53,653 nucleotides of DNA from a virus (taxonomy: Duplodnaviria > Caudoviricetes): IMG/VR virus record IMGVR_UViG_3300009503_000040, positions 1 through 53,653 of that record; one strand, given 5' to 3'. Below, piece by piece: positions 17,337 to 27,438 of this stretch. How positions within the stretch are numbered: the stretch's first letter is position 1; each line of letters begins with the position of its first letter. A program made the translations under genes and the position numbers. The notes beneath the pieces were generated by a model that was not told the DNA's origin, searched no databases, and worked only from the letters and a program-made list of their open reading frames with translations.

Positions 17337-17879
17337 CTAATTCCTAATTCCTAAAAATTTCTCTCTCAATATTTTTTCATTTCCCGTTCTATATAAAAAT
17401 TCCTCTGCTTTTCTTCTTTTTACAAGCCCGGATAATATTACATAGCTGCCATTTACTTTTGCTTTATTAAATTGCATTAATAAATAAGTTGTTGTTTTTG
17501 TATCTCCTCTGCTAACTGCCTCTCTCAAATTTCCTTTTATTCTATATCCCACATTAAATGTAAAAGAAACCAAAGCATCAAATTCATGCCACCTTAAAAA
17601 TCTCCATATAACATTATCCACATATTTTTCAAACCGCAGTAAGTCCTTAATTAACAACATTTCTGCTTCTGCTTTTGTAATAATCATCCCTTCATCAATA
17701 TCATTGCCTGTATGACCGTATCCAATTGTCAATACATTTGCCGGGCATTTATAAGCTTTTGCTCTAAATCCTTCAAAAAATTTAATTAAATCCACTCCAG
17801 TCTTAGTTGTTTGACTGCCTGATAATTTAATACTGCTTATTATTATTAATAAACCTATTATGATTATCCTTTTTACCAT
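17337..17879 (-). CDS. GH24 lysozyme endolysin with N-terminal signal/anchor
   Basis: FEGFRAKAYKCPANVLTIGYGHT, FDALVSFTFNVG, GLVKRRKAE; hydrophobic N-terminus. Confidence 0.9.
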   Translation of the reverse strand: MVKRIIIIGLLIIISSIKLSGSQTTKTGVDLIKFFEGFRAKAYKCPANVLTIGYGHTGNDIDEGMIITKAEAEMLLIKDLLRFEKYVDNVIWRFLRWHEFDALVSFTFNVGYRIKGNLREAVSRGDTKTTTYLLMQFNKAKVNGSYVILSGLVKRRKAEEFLYRTGNEKILREKFLGIRN

Positions 17880-17882
17880 ACT

Positions 17883-18383
17883 TCAATTCAAAAATGTTAT
17901 TATATAAACTGATGTTACTACAATAGCTGCACTTAATAATGCAGCAGCCAAAACAGGCATTGAATTTCCCAATTCTTCTGTATCATAAATCCCGTCATAT
18001 CCTCTGAATTTCTTTTTAGTAAATGGCAAATCAGTATATACATATTGAAGCAATGTTCCAAGTAGTCCAGTTAAACTTATCAAAATAAGTGAGGTCACAG
18101 CAGTGATAATCAATCTTGTTGTCTTAGAAGTTGTTTGCAAATCATTTATTTCATTTCTTAACTTAAGTGCTTTTTGAAAATCAGTATATTGATTTGTATT
18201 TGCATCATAGGTTTGCGCTAATTCTGTATATTTATCAGTAATTTTTTTATTTAAATCTTTTTCTGTCGGCAGTATTAAAAATATCAATAACACCAAACCG
18301 ATAATCATTGCTATAATTGCAGCAGTATTATTCTTAAATTTATATTTAATCTTCTGCCAAAGAGAAATGAATTCCCAAGCCAT
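17883..18383 (-). CDS. Membrane protein, holin/antiholin candidate
   Basis: Three hydrophobic segments; upstream of the endolysin. Confidence 0.55.
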   Translation of the reverse strand: MAWEFISLWQKIKYKFKNNTAAIIAMIIGLVLLIFLILPTEKDLNKKITDKYTELAQTYDANTNQYTDFQKALKLRNEINDLQTTSKTTRLIITAVTSLILISLTGLLGTLLQYVYTDLPFTKKKFRGYDGIYDTEELGNSMPVLAAALLSAAIVVTSVYIITFLN

Positions 18384-18393
18384 TTTTGCTCCT

Positions 18394-18693
18394 TTAATTT
18401 ATTTTATAAATTAATTTATTTTCCATTTTATCAAGTCTTTTCATAAAATCATCTATTTTATTTTCAAGACTTTCCATTTTTTCTTTCAGCCCGGGCACCT
18501 GGTCTATTCTTATATACATTTCTTTTAATTCTTTCTTTTGCTCTTCAAGTGCAATTTTTATTTCCTCTTTCACTTCCATCCTCGAAGGCTTATCTTCAAT
18601 TCTTGCAATTGTATAGCCCACATTGAATATTATCATTATGATTATAATAATTAATTCCCAGTGTTTGCTTATTATATCTTTCAATATCTTCAT
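18394..18693 (-). CDS. Single-TM coiled-coil protein (holin-like)
   Basis: N-terminal TM plus coiled coil, in the lysis cluster. Confidence 0.55.
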   Translation of the reverse strand: MKILKDIISKHWELIIIIIMIIFNVGYTIARIEDKPSRMEVKEEIKIALEEQKKELKEMYIRIDQVPGLKEKMESLENKIDDFMKRLDKMENKLIYKIN

Positions 18694-18695
18694 TT

Positions 18696-20141
18696 TTAAT
18701 AAGTCCCATATTTTCTTCTAATCCAATAAAATTGCAAATTATTAGTACCTCCAGCATTACGTGTAACAGTAAATTGACCATTTTCTGCAGAAACTATTAA
18801 CATATCATTTACATTCCATGAAGTCCCTATTGGTGTTACAAAATAAATATCATTTACACTGCCGCCGTTTGGCACAGTGCATTGTGTTGAAGTCCCGCTA
18901 AATTGTGCAATGCCGCATTGTATATAGTCTTTTATTTCATTTAGAGAAATAAATGTTTCTGTTGTTAAAGAACCCCCGTCATCAAATCTGACTTTCAATC
19001 GAAATTTTCTTTGTCCAGTTTCATTTTGATATGTATTATCAGCCCATATTGCATTTTTATAATATTGTGGATCACCCATTGAATTGACATCAGGTAATTG
19101 AAGTCGTCCCGAAATTAAATCTATACTTGCCCCACCTCTTGCTGATATTCTGCCGTGAAATTCTCTTTGCTGTTCTGGAGCCCCTGTTAATATTTGAGGG
19201 TCTTCTTTAATTACTTCAAGCACTTTATCAATTGGCAAAATTGCATGATATTCATCATTATATGTTCCTTCTTCTCCATAATGGCTTCTTCCAAAATTCA
19301 CATATAAACATTTATCTTCTTCACTTACATATACTGCCCCTGGCACATCTTCTTCAAAAAAATTATTAACATTATTCCTTAACGGCAGAGCATAAACTAA
19401 AGCATCATGATAAAGATATATTCCAACTCCATTTATCTGTCCGTCATGAACCGAAAGACCATGAAGACTTACAAAATTTTCTCCCTCACTTGAACCAAGC
19501 ACAAGAAAATTATTTCCTGTCCCATCCTTAGATATTTTTAAAACATTATTTTGTGCATCATAATAAATTGCTCCTGTTCGGCGTCCTCTATAAGTATTAG
19601 GTGGTGTAAGAGGCAAAGCTAACCCTGTTCCAGATATTGGCTGCATATCAATACCTGAAAATACTTTTATACCCCCAATTGTTTGATCGCCTGATATTAA
19701 AACTACTCCCGAACTGCTCCCGCCTCCTATCGGAATATATTGCCCATTCCCCGCTATATCAATTTTTATTGTTTGGCTTACCTCGTCAAAATAAATATTG
19801 CCGGGTTTATTTAATGACGGAGGAGTTTTCGGTAATTGTATTCTTATTGGTGCAATCTCACCTATATATATTAACTGGTCATTAAATTTCCCCACCAAAT
19901 AATAAAGTATGTTTTCAGCATGGAAAATATTCTGTGTATAAAGTGAACCATTTATGTAAATTTTGTATTCACCTAAAGGCACTGCATCCTTATAATACCA
20001 CCCTTTTCTTGTCGGGTGTTCGATTAGTGTTATCTTCCCCTCTGGATAAGTATTTGCCTGTGGTATTAATTCAATCGTTGCGCCTAATAATGGTTCACCT
20101 GCAGCATTTGTAAATCGTCTTTCAAATTTAGATGTTGCCAT
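18696..20141 (-). CDS. Tail fibre-like protein
   Basis: GDQTIGGIKVFS fibre motif, repeated G[NA]IY[FY]D modules. Confidence 0.7.
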   Translation of the reverse strand: MATSKFERRFTNAAGEPLLGATIELIPQANTYPEGKITLIEHPTRKGWYYKDAVPLGEYKIYINGSLYTQNIFHAENILYYLVGKFNDQLIYIGEIAPIRIQLPKTPPSLNKPGNIYFDEVSQTIKIDIAGNGQYIPIGGGSSSGVVLISGDQTIGGIKVFSGIDMQPISGTGLALPLTPPNTYRGRRTGAIYYDAQNNVLKISKDGTGNNFLVLGSSEGENFVSLHGLSVHDGQINGVGIYLYHDALVYALPLRNNVNNFFEEDVPGAVYVSEEDKCLYVNFGRSHYGEEGTYNDEYHAILPIDKVLEVIKEDPQILTGAPEQQREFHGRISARGGASIDLISGRLQLPDVNSMGDPQYYKNAIWADNTYQNETGQRKFRLKVRFDDGGSLTTETFISLNEIKDYIQCGIAQFSGTSTQCTVPNGGSVNDIYFVTPIGTSWNVNDMLIVSAENGQFTVTRNAGGTNNLQFYWIRRKYGTY

Positions 20142-20148
20142 TAATACC

Positions 20149-23100
20149 TCAAATTACTGCAACAAATTCACCAGTCATTATATAATCTTGAATAACTGAA
20201 TAATCTAATTGAATTTTTTCTGTATAAATTTTCCCTTGAGACAAAAAATATAATATATTCCTAAATCCAGCTTTGTATATTTCTGGGAAATTGTATTTGC
20301 TTTCTTCTATCCAGCCGTTTTCTGTTAATAAATATTCTGTTTTTATTTCTGGCTTATATAATCTTATCCTGTAACTGTTGAATTTATCCCTTATTGCATA
20401 AAACGAATTTTTGTCTTCAATTTTTATGTATATATCTCTTATTGTTTCTTTTAATAAACTTTTAATCTGACCATTAGCATACATGTAAATATCCTCGCCG
20501 CCGCACCAAAAAATAACTCCATTCATATTTACTACTGAATTCTTTGATATGCATCCAAAGCCAAAAAGCGGTTCCCTTGAACTGCCGGTCTCTGGGTCAA
20601 TTATCATCACTGAATTATCTTTTAATATTAATAAATCCATTGTCGGCAGCAGTGCCATGCTTATTGCTTCATTACTGTCAAATCTTTCAAGCTCACGGTA
20701 ATTTGAAAAACTTGCAATATCATACATGAATGAACCGCTTGAATGTATATGAGATACCAAAATAAAATTTTCATATCTTTTGTCTATAAACGGATTTAAA
20801 TAATATGCTCTCCCCCTGAATGCTAATGCTTTATCCCAGCCCTTAACAATATCCATTGTAGGATTATATCCTAATTCAGCCCTCATCTCAGTTGTTGTTA
20901 AATTTGCTTCATTAAATATCGTTACATTTTTTTCTTTGATAGATAATTTATCGACATAAAATTCATGATAATTATCTATATCAGAAAATAAAATACCCCC
21001 GCCTGATAAAACATCTGTTAAAGTCCAACTGTTGCCATTATCACTGCTGATAAATATTTCTCCCTCGCTTGAACCTGCAATAATTTTATTTCCTAATATG
21101 TAAAGGTCATAAATATCTAAATTCGTAATACCGTTGTTTACTTCTTCCCAATTCGCACCATCATCACTGCTTCTGTAAATCCCCGCTTCAGTTCCTGGTC
21201 CGCTGTCATACAATGCTGCGAATAAATAATTATCTTTCTTTTTAATCGAAGAAATGTATAATTCTGGCAAGCCGTTATTTACAGCTGTCCAACTATTTCC
21301 CTGATTAATGCTCTTAAATATTCCACTTCCAAATGTTCCTGCATAGAGAATTCCATTATTTTCATGCAAATAAGTTATTTCTAAATTTGTCAAGCCAGAA
21401 TTTACTTGTGTCCAATGTAATCCACTATCAATACTTTTATATATTCCGCCCCCAAATGTTGCTACAAAAATCGTATTGCCTATATTTACAAAATACATTA
21501 CATAATTAGTTATATCTTCGCTCAACAAATTGAATGTTATTCCATCTGCTGATGAATAAATTTTACCATCTTGTGCGCCAGCATAAATTTTATTATTAAT
21601 TACCTTTAACGACCAGATATTATTAAGAGTTGTAATTTGCTGCCAGCTTATTCCGCCATTTGTGCTTTTATAAATATTGCCTGATGCTGCATATAAATTG
21701 TAACCGTAACTTACAATCATCACCGTTTCAACAGCAGGACTCAATCCACTATTCGATAACACCCAATTATAACCATTTGCAGAACTGAATACTGTCCCAC
21801 CCGCTGAACAAAATAAATTTCTATTTGGGGAAATAGCTATCGCAAAATATTTGGGAGACTCTGTTAAATTATCCGCTAAAACATTAAAATCATATTTTTT
21901 ATATGTGTTATCTGCTGATATAGTTGTTTGTGTTCGGTTTAATACTTTTTTTGATTCTCCTAAAAAAAATGAATATATTTTATCAGTTGTTGATTTTAAA
22001 TAAACTGATACATCATAGATTTTGCCTTTCGTTAAGTTATTTATTGGTAAAATTATTCCTGTTCTAAAAGATAAATCCTGTGCATTCTCATATATATCAC
22101 TTCTAAACTTAAAAGCATAATTATCAACAGCATCTTGAACTGTCTCTAATGTTCCTCCATTAAACGTTTCCCAATTGCCAATTGAATTTGCATCCGCCGA
22201 AGAAATTGCATTCTCTCCCGAATTTAACTCAAGTATTATAGTTTCTGAAGGTTGTAAAGATGATATTAATGCTATTCTTCCATAATTGTCAATTTTCCAA
22301 TTGCCCGCAGAATAAAAATTTTCTGTTATATTGTATTTATTCAGTTTATAAAATGTAATCCCGTCATTGCTGTAATAAATTCCATAACCCGTAATTCGTG
22401 GATTGATTCTTCCATAATTAATTACTGGGATTACTTCTATCGTTGAATTATTATCAACTTGTATATTCGATTCAGCTAATAATTGTTCTTCATAATTATC
22501 AATTATTCCTGTTAATCTAATTGTATAATCACCTGCAGGCAGACTTCCCCCGCTTACTGCATTTAATTGTAAACCGTATCCCCCGCCTAATATATGTGTA
22601 TCTAAAATAATTGAATCTATTTTTGATAAATTTTCTATTATACCTTCATTATTAATATCAGGATGAATTGAAGGAAAATCTAATTTTCTTATCTGAAAAA
22701 ACTTTTTTCTGTAGCCTATTGCAATTCCAGGTCTATTTTCATAACCGCCGAATCCTATTCTTATATCATTTAATATTCTATGAAATGTTATATCCTGCCA
22801 CTTTACATTAAATAATTCATTCAGGTAATCAAGATCAATCCAATATCTGCTTATTATAACTCTGTCATTTTCTTCCCATTGGCTGTTATATAAAGTATGA
22901 CATATTCTTGTCTCTGTCGAATTATTAATTTTAGATGTTATAATTCTTGCAAATTGCTCTTTAGTTTTATTATAAATAACATGGTTATTTAATAAATCAT
23001 CACTCAATCCATTTACTGCAGAACCAAGTATATTAATTTTATAAGGATACAATATATCTGAACCGACACTAATTTTAGTTAGAATTGTTTGATTTAACCA

Positions 23101-23496
23101 TTGCCAATCATCTATCCACTGATTGCCGTCCCAATAAGGTCTAATCCAAAAGCATAACATATTAATCATGTCTTCATCATTATCTAAAGCATGAACTTTT
23201 GCTTTCTGAATTAGAATTGTTATTTCTTTCCCTGCATCATTAATTTGTCTGTCAAAAAACAAATCGAAATTAATAAATCCCAAATCCAACAATATTTTCT
23301 CGCCAAAATTATTTTTAATATTACACTCTGGTTTGTCATATAATATTTCATAACCTGACCTTAAAACTAATGCACCTGGCTTTATATGATTATGCAGATT
23401 CAAAATCCTTTTCGCAAATCTCTGCCCTGGATTAACTGCATTTGTGCTCATCCCTGCAGATACATCAGCAAATTCTATTTCATTCCATTTATTCAT
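20149..23496 (-). CDS. Tail nozzle/stabilization protein with inserted CBM-like and BNR beta-propeller domains
   Basis: N-term GM..N..PGALVLRSGY and C-term FGCISKNSVV..GVIFWCG nozzle-like motifs; SxDxGxxW repeats at about 21000-21815. Confidence 0.75.
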   Translation of the reverse strand: MNKWNEIEFADVSAGMSTNAVNPGQRFAKRILNLHNHIKPGALVLRSGYEILYDKPECNIKNNFGEKILLDLGFINFDLFFDRQINDAGKEITILIQKAKVHALDNDEDMINMLCFWIRPYWDGNQWIDDWQWLNQTILTKISVGSDILYPYKINILGSAVNGLSDDLLNNHVIYNKTKEQFARIITSKINNSTETRICHTLYNSQWEENDRVIISRYWIDLDYLNELFNVKWQDITFHRILNDIRIGFGGYENRPGIAIGYRKKFFQIRKLDFPSIHPDINNEGIIENLSKIDSIILDTHILGGGYGLQLNAVSGGSLPAGDYTIRLTGIIDNYEEQLLAESNIQVDNNSTIEVIPVINYGRINPRITGYGIYYSNDGITFYKLNKYNITENFYSAGNWKIDNYGRIALISSLQPSETIILELNSGENAISSADANSIGNWETFNGGTLETVQDAVDNYAFKFRSDIYENAQDLSFRTGIILPINNLTKGKIYDVSVYLKSTTDKIYSFFLGESKKVLNRTQTTISADNTYKKYDFNVLADNLTESPKYFAIAISPNRNLFCSAGGTVFSSANGYNWVLSNSGLSPAVETVMIVSYGYNLYAASGNIYKSTNGGISWQQITTLNNIWSLKVINNKIYAGAQDGKIYSSADGITFNLLSEDITNYVMYFVNIGNTIFVATFGGGIYKSIDSGLHWTQVNSGLTNLEITYLHENNGILYAGTFGSGIFKSINQGNSWTAVNNGLPELYISSIKKKDNYLFAALYDSGPGTEAGIYRSSDDGANWEEVNNGITNLDIYDLYILGNKIIAGSSEGEIFISSDNGNSWTLTDVLSGGGILFSDIDNYHEFYVDKLSIKEKNVTIFNEANLTTTEMRAELGYNPTMDIVKGWDKALAFRGRAYYLNPFIDKRYENFILVSHIHSSGSFMYDIASFSNYRELERFDSNEAISMALLPTMDLLILKDNSVMIIDPETGSSREPLFGFGCISKNSVVNMNGVIFWCGGEDIYMYANGQIKSLLKETIRDIYIKIEDKNSFYAIRDKFNSYRIRLYKPEIKTEYLLTENGWIEESKYNFPEIYKAGFRNILYFLSQGKIYTEKIQLDYSVIQDYIMTGEFVAVI

Positions 23497-23654
23497 CTGT
23501 AATATTTTGGCTTAAAAATTATTTTGAGAATACATTTAATTAATATTAATAACCACAAACCTTTACCTTTAATTGCAGCATATCTCTTATCTGTTTTTAT
23601 TTCTATATAATAAATTCTGTCAGCATAAAAGCTGTGCAGTATCAATTTCTGCAT
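23493..23654 (-). CDS. Small hypothetical protein (53 aa), not in the ORF track
   Basis: MQKLILHSFY...KPKYYR; TAATG overlap upstream and ATGA overlap downstream. Confidence 0.55.
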   Translation of the reverse strand: MQKLILHSFYADRIYYIEIKTDKRYAAIKGKGLWLLILIKCILKIIFKPKYYR

Positions 23655-24565
23655 TACATATTTGGTAATTCTTTCCCGCTTCTGTTTTTACTTTCTATTA
23701 TGCCTTTTTCTCTTAATATATTCTCTCTTATCTCTCTTGTCTTCTGGTCTATTAAGTTATTAAGAGATTCTGGAGCTGTCATTCCTAAATGTTCAAGTGC
23801 ATAATTTTTTGCTTTTGCAACAACAAGAGGAATATAATTATCTCTTATATCAAGATAATCATTATCTTCGGTCACTCTTTGCGGATAACTTGTATACCAC
23901 AATGTTAAAGTACCTAGTGAAGGAACATTAGCCCCTTTATATAAATAAAGATATTGCCCGTGTTTAAACCAATAAACTTTATTTTGCTTTTCATCAAAAC
24001 GATGAAGATTATCAAATTCTCTATCTCCGACTTTTATTACTTCTTTATTTATTGAATCGGTAATCTTTGTAATATTGGCAATTTTATATGGTGATAAATC
24101 TATCATATAACTAGAATGCGGTGAAAAGACCGCATAATTTACTGTGTAATTATTGCCTAATGCCTTTGTGATTTTGAAATTATTATTGTCAATAATTTCC
24201 TCTATCTCTGCTATTGCTGATATATTAGTTCCACTCCATATTGAAATTCTTCTGCCCGCATCTGCAGAAGTTAATCCATGAGCAGCTTTATTTATAGTTC
24301 TCGTTGAATCAGTATATGTCGCATTTTGAATTATATTAGTCGTTACGCTTGAAGACTGGTCATTAATTATTGCAGTTTTGCCGTAGTCATCTGAGCCCGC
24401 CCCGGATATAATTTCTGCAACATCAAGAACTGCAAGATTCACAAATCCTTTAACTATCTCTTCATCAAGCTCTTCTTGAGTTTCTTTTTTTAACCATAAG
24501 ATGATAGTATTTACTACCATCTTTAAGGTATAAATTTTTGCTAATGGCTGTGTTGGTGATGGCAT
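23654..24565 (-). CDS. Head-tail adaptor/ring-like protein
   Basis: FVNLAVLDV N-terminal helix and LTLWYTSYPQ..DYLDIRDNYIPLVV C-terminal pattern. Confidence 0.55.
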   Translation of the reverse strand: MPSPTQPLAKIYTLKMVVNTIILWLKKETQEELDEEIVKGFVNLAVLDVAEIISGAGSDDYGKTAIINDQSSSVTTNIIQNATYTDSTRTINKAAHGLTSADAGRRISIWSGTNISAIAEIEEIIDNNNFKITKALGNNYTVNYAVFSPHSSYMIDLSPYKIANITKITDSINKEVIKVGDREFDNLHRFDEKQNKVYWFKHGQYLYLYKGANVPSLGTLTLWYTSYPQRVTEDNDYLDIRDNYIPLVVAKAKNYALEHLGMTAPESLNNLIDQKTREIRENILREKGIIESKNRSGKELPNM

Positions 24566-24584
24566 TTTATTTACTCCTTAAAAT

Positions 24585-25232
24585 CTAACTTGTTTGATAT
24601 GTTTCCTGTAAATATCTAAAATAAGCATAGTCAATTATTTGCTTATGCCAATGCTCCATAAAGGGTGAATCTTCTGAACCGTTTTGTATTAAATAACCGC
24701 CTGTATAAGGGTCTAATGGACTTCTTATGTAATGAATCTTTATTTGTCCAGTAAAATTTTGTGGAAATACTGCAAGCATTTTATTAACCTGTATAATTAC
24801 AAGATTATCTGTATTTGCAGTATATTCCGCATACTCTCCGCTCAAATAAATAGTATATAAATGTTCATCCTTCACTTTGATAAATTTATTGCCTGAAGCC
24901 GTAACTGCACCTATAACTTTAAAAAAATCCTTATATGGTTGGTCAATTATATAATTACCCTGAATCAATGAAACATTGCCTGTGACTTTTACTAATTCCG
25001 GGAAAATTGAAATAAACTTTTTAGAATTTCCTTCAACTGCATTCCAGTAAAAATTAAATAAATCCATCATCCCTCGATTAACATAATCTATTATTACTTC
25101 TGCACGAATAAAATTTCCATCAGGCAATGTCCCTTGACCAGGATTAAATTCATTTCTTAACCTGTCAGGAACTCGCTTAATAAAATCCAAGCATAACATA
25201 TCGAGCTTAGGTGTTGCCATCAATAAATCCAC
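24585..25232 (-). CDS. Head-tail adaptor/ring-like protein
   Basis: IIDYVNRG..IHYIRSP..SPFMEHWHKQIIDYA pattern. Confidence 0.55.
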   Translation of the reverse strand: MDLLMATPKLDMLCLDFIKRVPDRLRNEFNPGQGTLPDGNFIRAEVIIDYVNRGMMDLFNFYWNAVEGNSKKFISIFPELVKVTGNVSLIQGNYIIDQPYKDFFKVIGAVTASGNKFIKVKDEHLYTIYLSGEYAEYTANTDNLVIIQVNKMLAVFPQNFTGQIKIHYIRSPLDPYTGGYLIQNGSEDSPFMEHWHKQIIDYAYFRYLQETYQTS

Positions 25233-26229
25233 CAGTTATATTTCTTGAAGTGGCAAAAGTGAGGTCAACGCCTTGACTCTTATAATAAATTTTTATAGAA
25301 ACCATATATCTATTTCCTTCAGGAGTATCTTGTAAATAATCAAATCTATAAGTTCCTGACATAGAAGAAAACGAATGCCTTTCTAATTCTCTCTGGTTTT
25401 TATATAGTATGAATTCTTTTTCGGTTATTTCTACTCCACCTGGATCTTGAATTTCATAATCAATAATAAGATGATGAAATGGTTTTGAAGGAACTTCATC
25501 TATACTTAAGTTAAACTTTCTTATACAAGATTCATCAACTACACTAAATTTAGGAACAAATAGTTCAGAAAACGGAGATGCTTCTACAAGATTTCTTGTT
25601 CTTGCTTTGATAATAAATTCTCTATCTCTTGGCAAATTAAAAATTTGATAAGAATTTGAATATGGATCAGGTAATGAATTAACTGTTCTATTACTGTAAA
25701 CATTTCCATTAGTATCCGTAACAATAAAGTCCATCCATATTGAACTGTCAGGAAAAGGTAAACAAAGTTTTACTCCAACAGTATCATATATTCTTTGTTC
25801 AAGAGTCAAATAAGGATTACCAAGCGGTTTAGGCCAAAATACTCCTGTTGGGTATATTATATTAGTATAATAAGGAAGCCCATTCTTTATTAATGTCATT
25901 ATCAAATGAACATGTAAATATGCAACTCTATCATATAAAGGTAATTGTTCTACATATTTTTTAAAACATACTTTTCCATTTTCAACATATAATTCAGCCT
26001 CATAATCATTTGATGTTAAACTGTTCCCATTAGCGTCTTTCCACCACAGTCTTACTACTGCCTTTTCTAATATTATAGCTCCTTGCAAGTTTTCATTGAT
26101 TGCAGGGTCAATTGTACCACTAACAGTAATCCCTCCATAAGGAGTATAAGAGTCAGGATACCATAATATAGTATTAAGCCAATTACATATTGGCACATTT
26201 AAATCAGTTGTTCCTAATTTATAAGGCAT
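25207..26229 (-). CDS. Hypothetical virion protein with FN3-like beta domains
   Basis: IFNLPRDREFIIKARTRN..SPFSE FN3-like signature. Confidence 0.5.
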   Translation of the reverse strand: MPYKLGTTDLNVPICNWLNTILWYPDSYTPYGGITVSGTIDPAINENLQGAIILEKAVVRLWWKDANGNSLTSNDYEAELYVENGKVCFKKYVEQLPLYDRVAYLHVHLIMTLIKNGLPYYTNIIYPTGVFWPKPLGNPYLTLEQRIYDTVGVKLCLPFPDSSIWMDFIVTDTNGNVYSNRTVNSLPDPYSNSYQIFNLPRDREFIIKARTRNLVEASPFSELFVPKFSVVDESCIRKFNLSIDEVPSKPFHHLIIDYEIQDPGGVEITEKEFILYKNQRELERHSFSSMSGTYRFDYLQDTPEGNRYMVSIKIYYKSQGVDLTFATSRNITGGFIDGNT

Positions 26230-26244
26230 TGTAAATCTCCTATT

Positions 26245-26865
26245 TTATAAAACTCTTGGTCTTTGTAAATTATTATTGCTTGCTCTATGCGGAATAGGTC
26301 TTAATCTTTTAATTTCCTGATAAAATTCATTCAGTAATTGTGCTCTCGGATTTCCAATAAGAAATTGTGAAATAGCATATAATTCTATTGCTTTATCAAA
26401 ATACTCTGGAATTACAGGCTCAGTATTTTCATTTATTTTAATTTCTGATGAATTTAGATGAACAATTAATTTTAATACATCACCATTAAATTCAGCTGTA
26501 GGTTTCGGATATATTCTTAATTGATTATCATAAATAGTCCCAATAATAGGCTGCGTAACAGTTATATATTGAGAATTAATTTTATCTATAAATTCTTTAT
26601 TAGGAATAATATTAAATTCATACCGCCAGCTCTCAGGAATTTCTGCTGCTTTTACTGAAGCAACTTTTGGTATAGAATAACTATCTGCATGAGTTTGAAT
26701 AGTAATCGAAATTTTTTTTATGAAATTTACTTCCGATATAATTATATCCTGTGCTGATTTTAATTCGGCATATAATTCTTCATCTGTTATTTCTGAAGAT
26801 GAAATACCATATAATTTTAACTTGTTTAATACACGCCCTTTAATATTTGTGCTTCTATTGACCAT
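26245..26865 (-). CDS. Head-tail adaptor protein
   Basis: LRIYPKP..EPVIPEYFDKAIELYA pattern, downstream of the capsid gene. Confidence 0.6.
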   Translation of the reverse strand: MVNRSTNIKGRVLNKLKLYGISSSEITDEELYAELKSAQDIIISEVNFIKKISITIQTHADSYSIPKVASVKAAEIPESWRYEFNIIPNKEFIDKINSQYITVTQPIIGTIYDNQLRIYPKPTAEFNGDVLKLIVHLNSSEIKINENTEPVIPEYFDKAIELYAISQFLIGNPRAQLLNEFYQEIKRLRPIPHRASNNNLQRPRVL

Positions 26866-27382
26866 CCCTTATTTTAATTTCTTGAATAATTTTATCTATT
26901 AATCTTTCATTCTTTAAATTGCCAGTTGATAAGCCAAGAATTTTTGCTATTTCAATTAATTCTTTCCTCCCTAATTTCAATAATGCTTCTTCTATGTTTG
27001 AATGATTTTCTTCTAAAAAATCAACTGGGTCAAATTCAGTTGAGTTTTTTTCATTATGGGAATCCATTCCTTTGTGGATATCTTCCGAAGGAATGTGGTC
27101 GTCCATCCCTTCGGGAGATATCCACATCCCTTTTGGAGAAGTTGCATCATCTTTATTTTCATTTTCATCATCCGCTGAGGCAAATTGATAAATATGCGGA
27201 TACGCTTTTGTATATATCTCTGCAATGTCATCTGGGATTTCAATTGGTTCTTTAGCTTTGAAATTGATTACAATATCTTTCCCATTTTCTTTCCCGTTGT
27301 GTTCTGTCGTATTTCTTATTTTATTTAATCTTTTAGTTGAGATTACAAGTAGTTTGTCAACTTTTGAAACTACGATTGCCAT
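26855..27382 (-). CDS. Hypothetical protein with C-terminal Rho-N/HeH-like motif and a composite repeat insertion
   Basis: LGRKELIEIAKILGL..LIDKII; likely start MAIVVSK. Confidence 0.6.
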   Translation of the reverse strand: MAIVVSKVDKLLVISTKRLNKIRNTTEHNGKENGKDIVINFKAKEPIEIPDDIAEIYTKAYPHIYQFASADDENENKDDATSPKGMWISPEGMDDHIPSEDIHKGMDSHNEKNSTEFDPVDFLEENHSNIEEALLKLGRKELIEIAKILGLSTGNLKNERLIDKIIQEIKIRDGQ

Positions 27383-27413
27383 TTTTAATCTCCCTTTGTT
27401 TTCTAAAAATTTA

Positions 27414-27432
27414 GCCACTCCTCAGGAGTGGC
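27414..27432. terminator. Hairpin after the capsid/decoration genes
   Basis: GCCACTCC-TCA-GGAGTGGC perfect stem; weak U-tract. Confidence 0.45.
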
Positions 27433-27438
27433 ATTTGA

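Noticed and set aside
12920-23496. Diversity-generating retroelement or invertible tail-fibre system
   Set aside because: No reverse transcriptase, TR/VR pair or invertase seen
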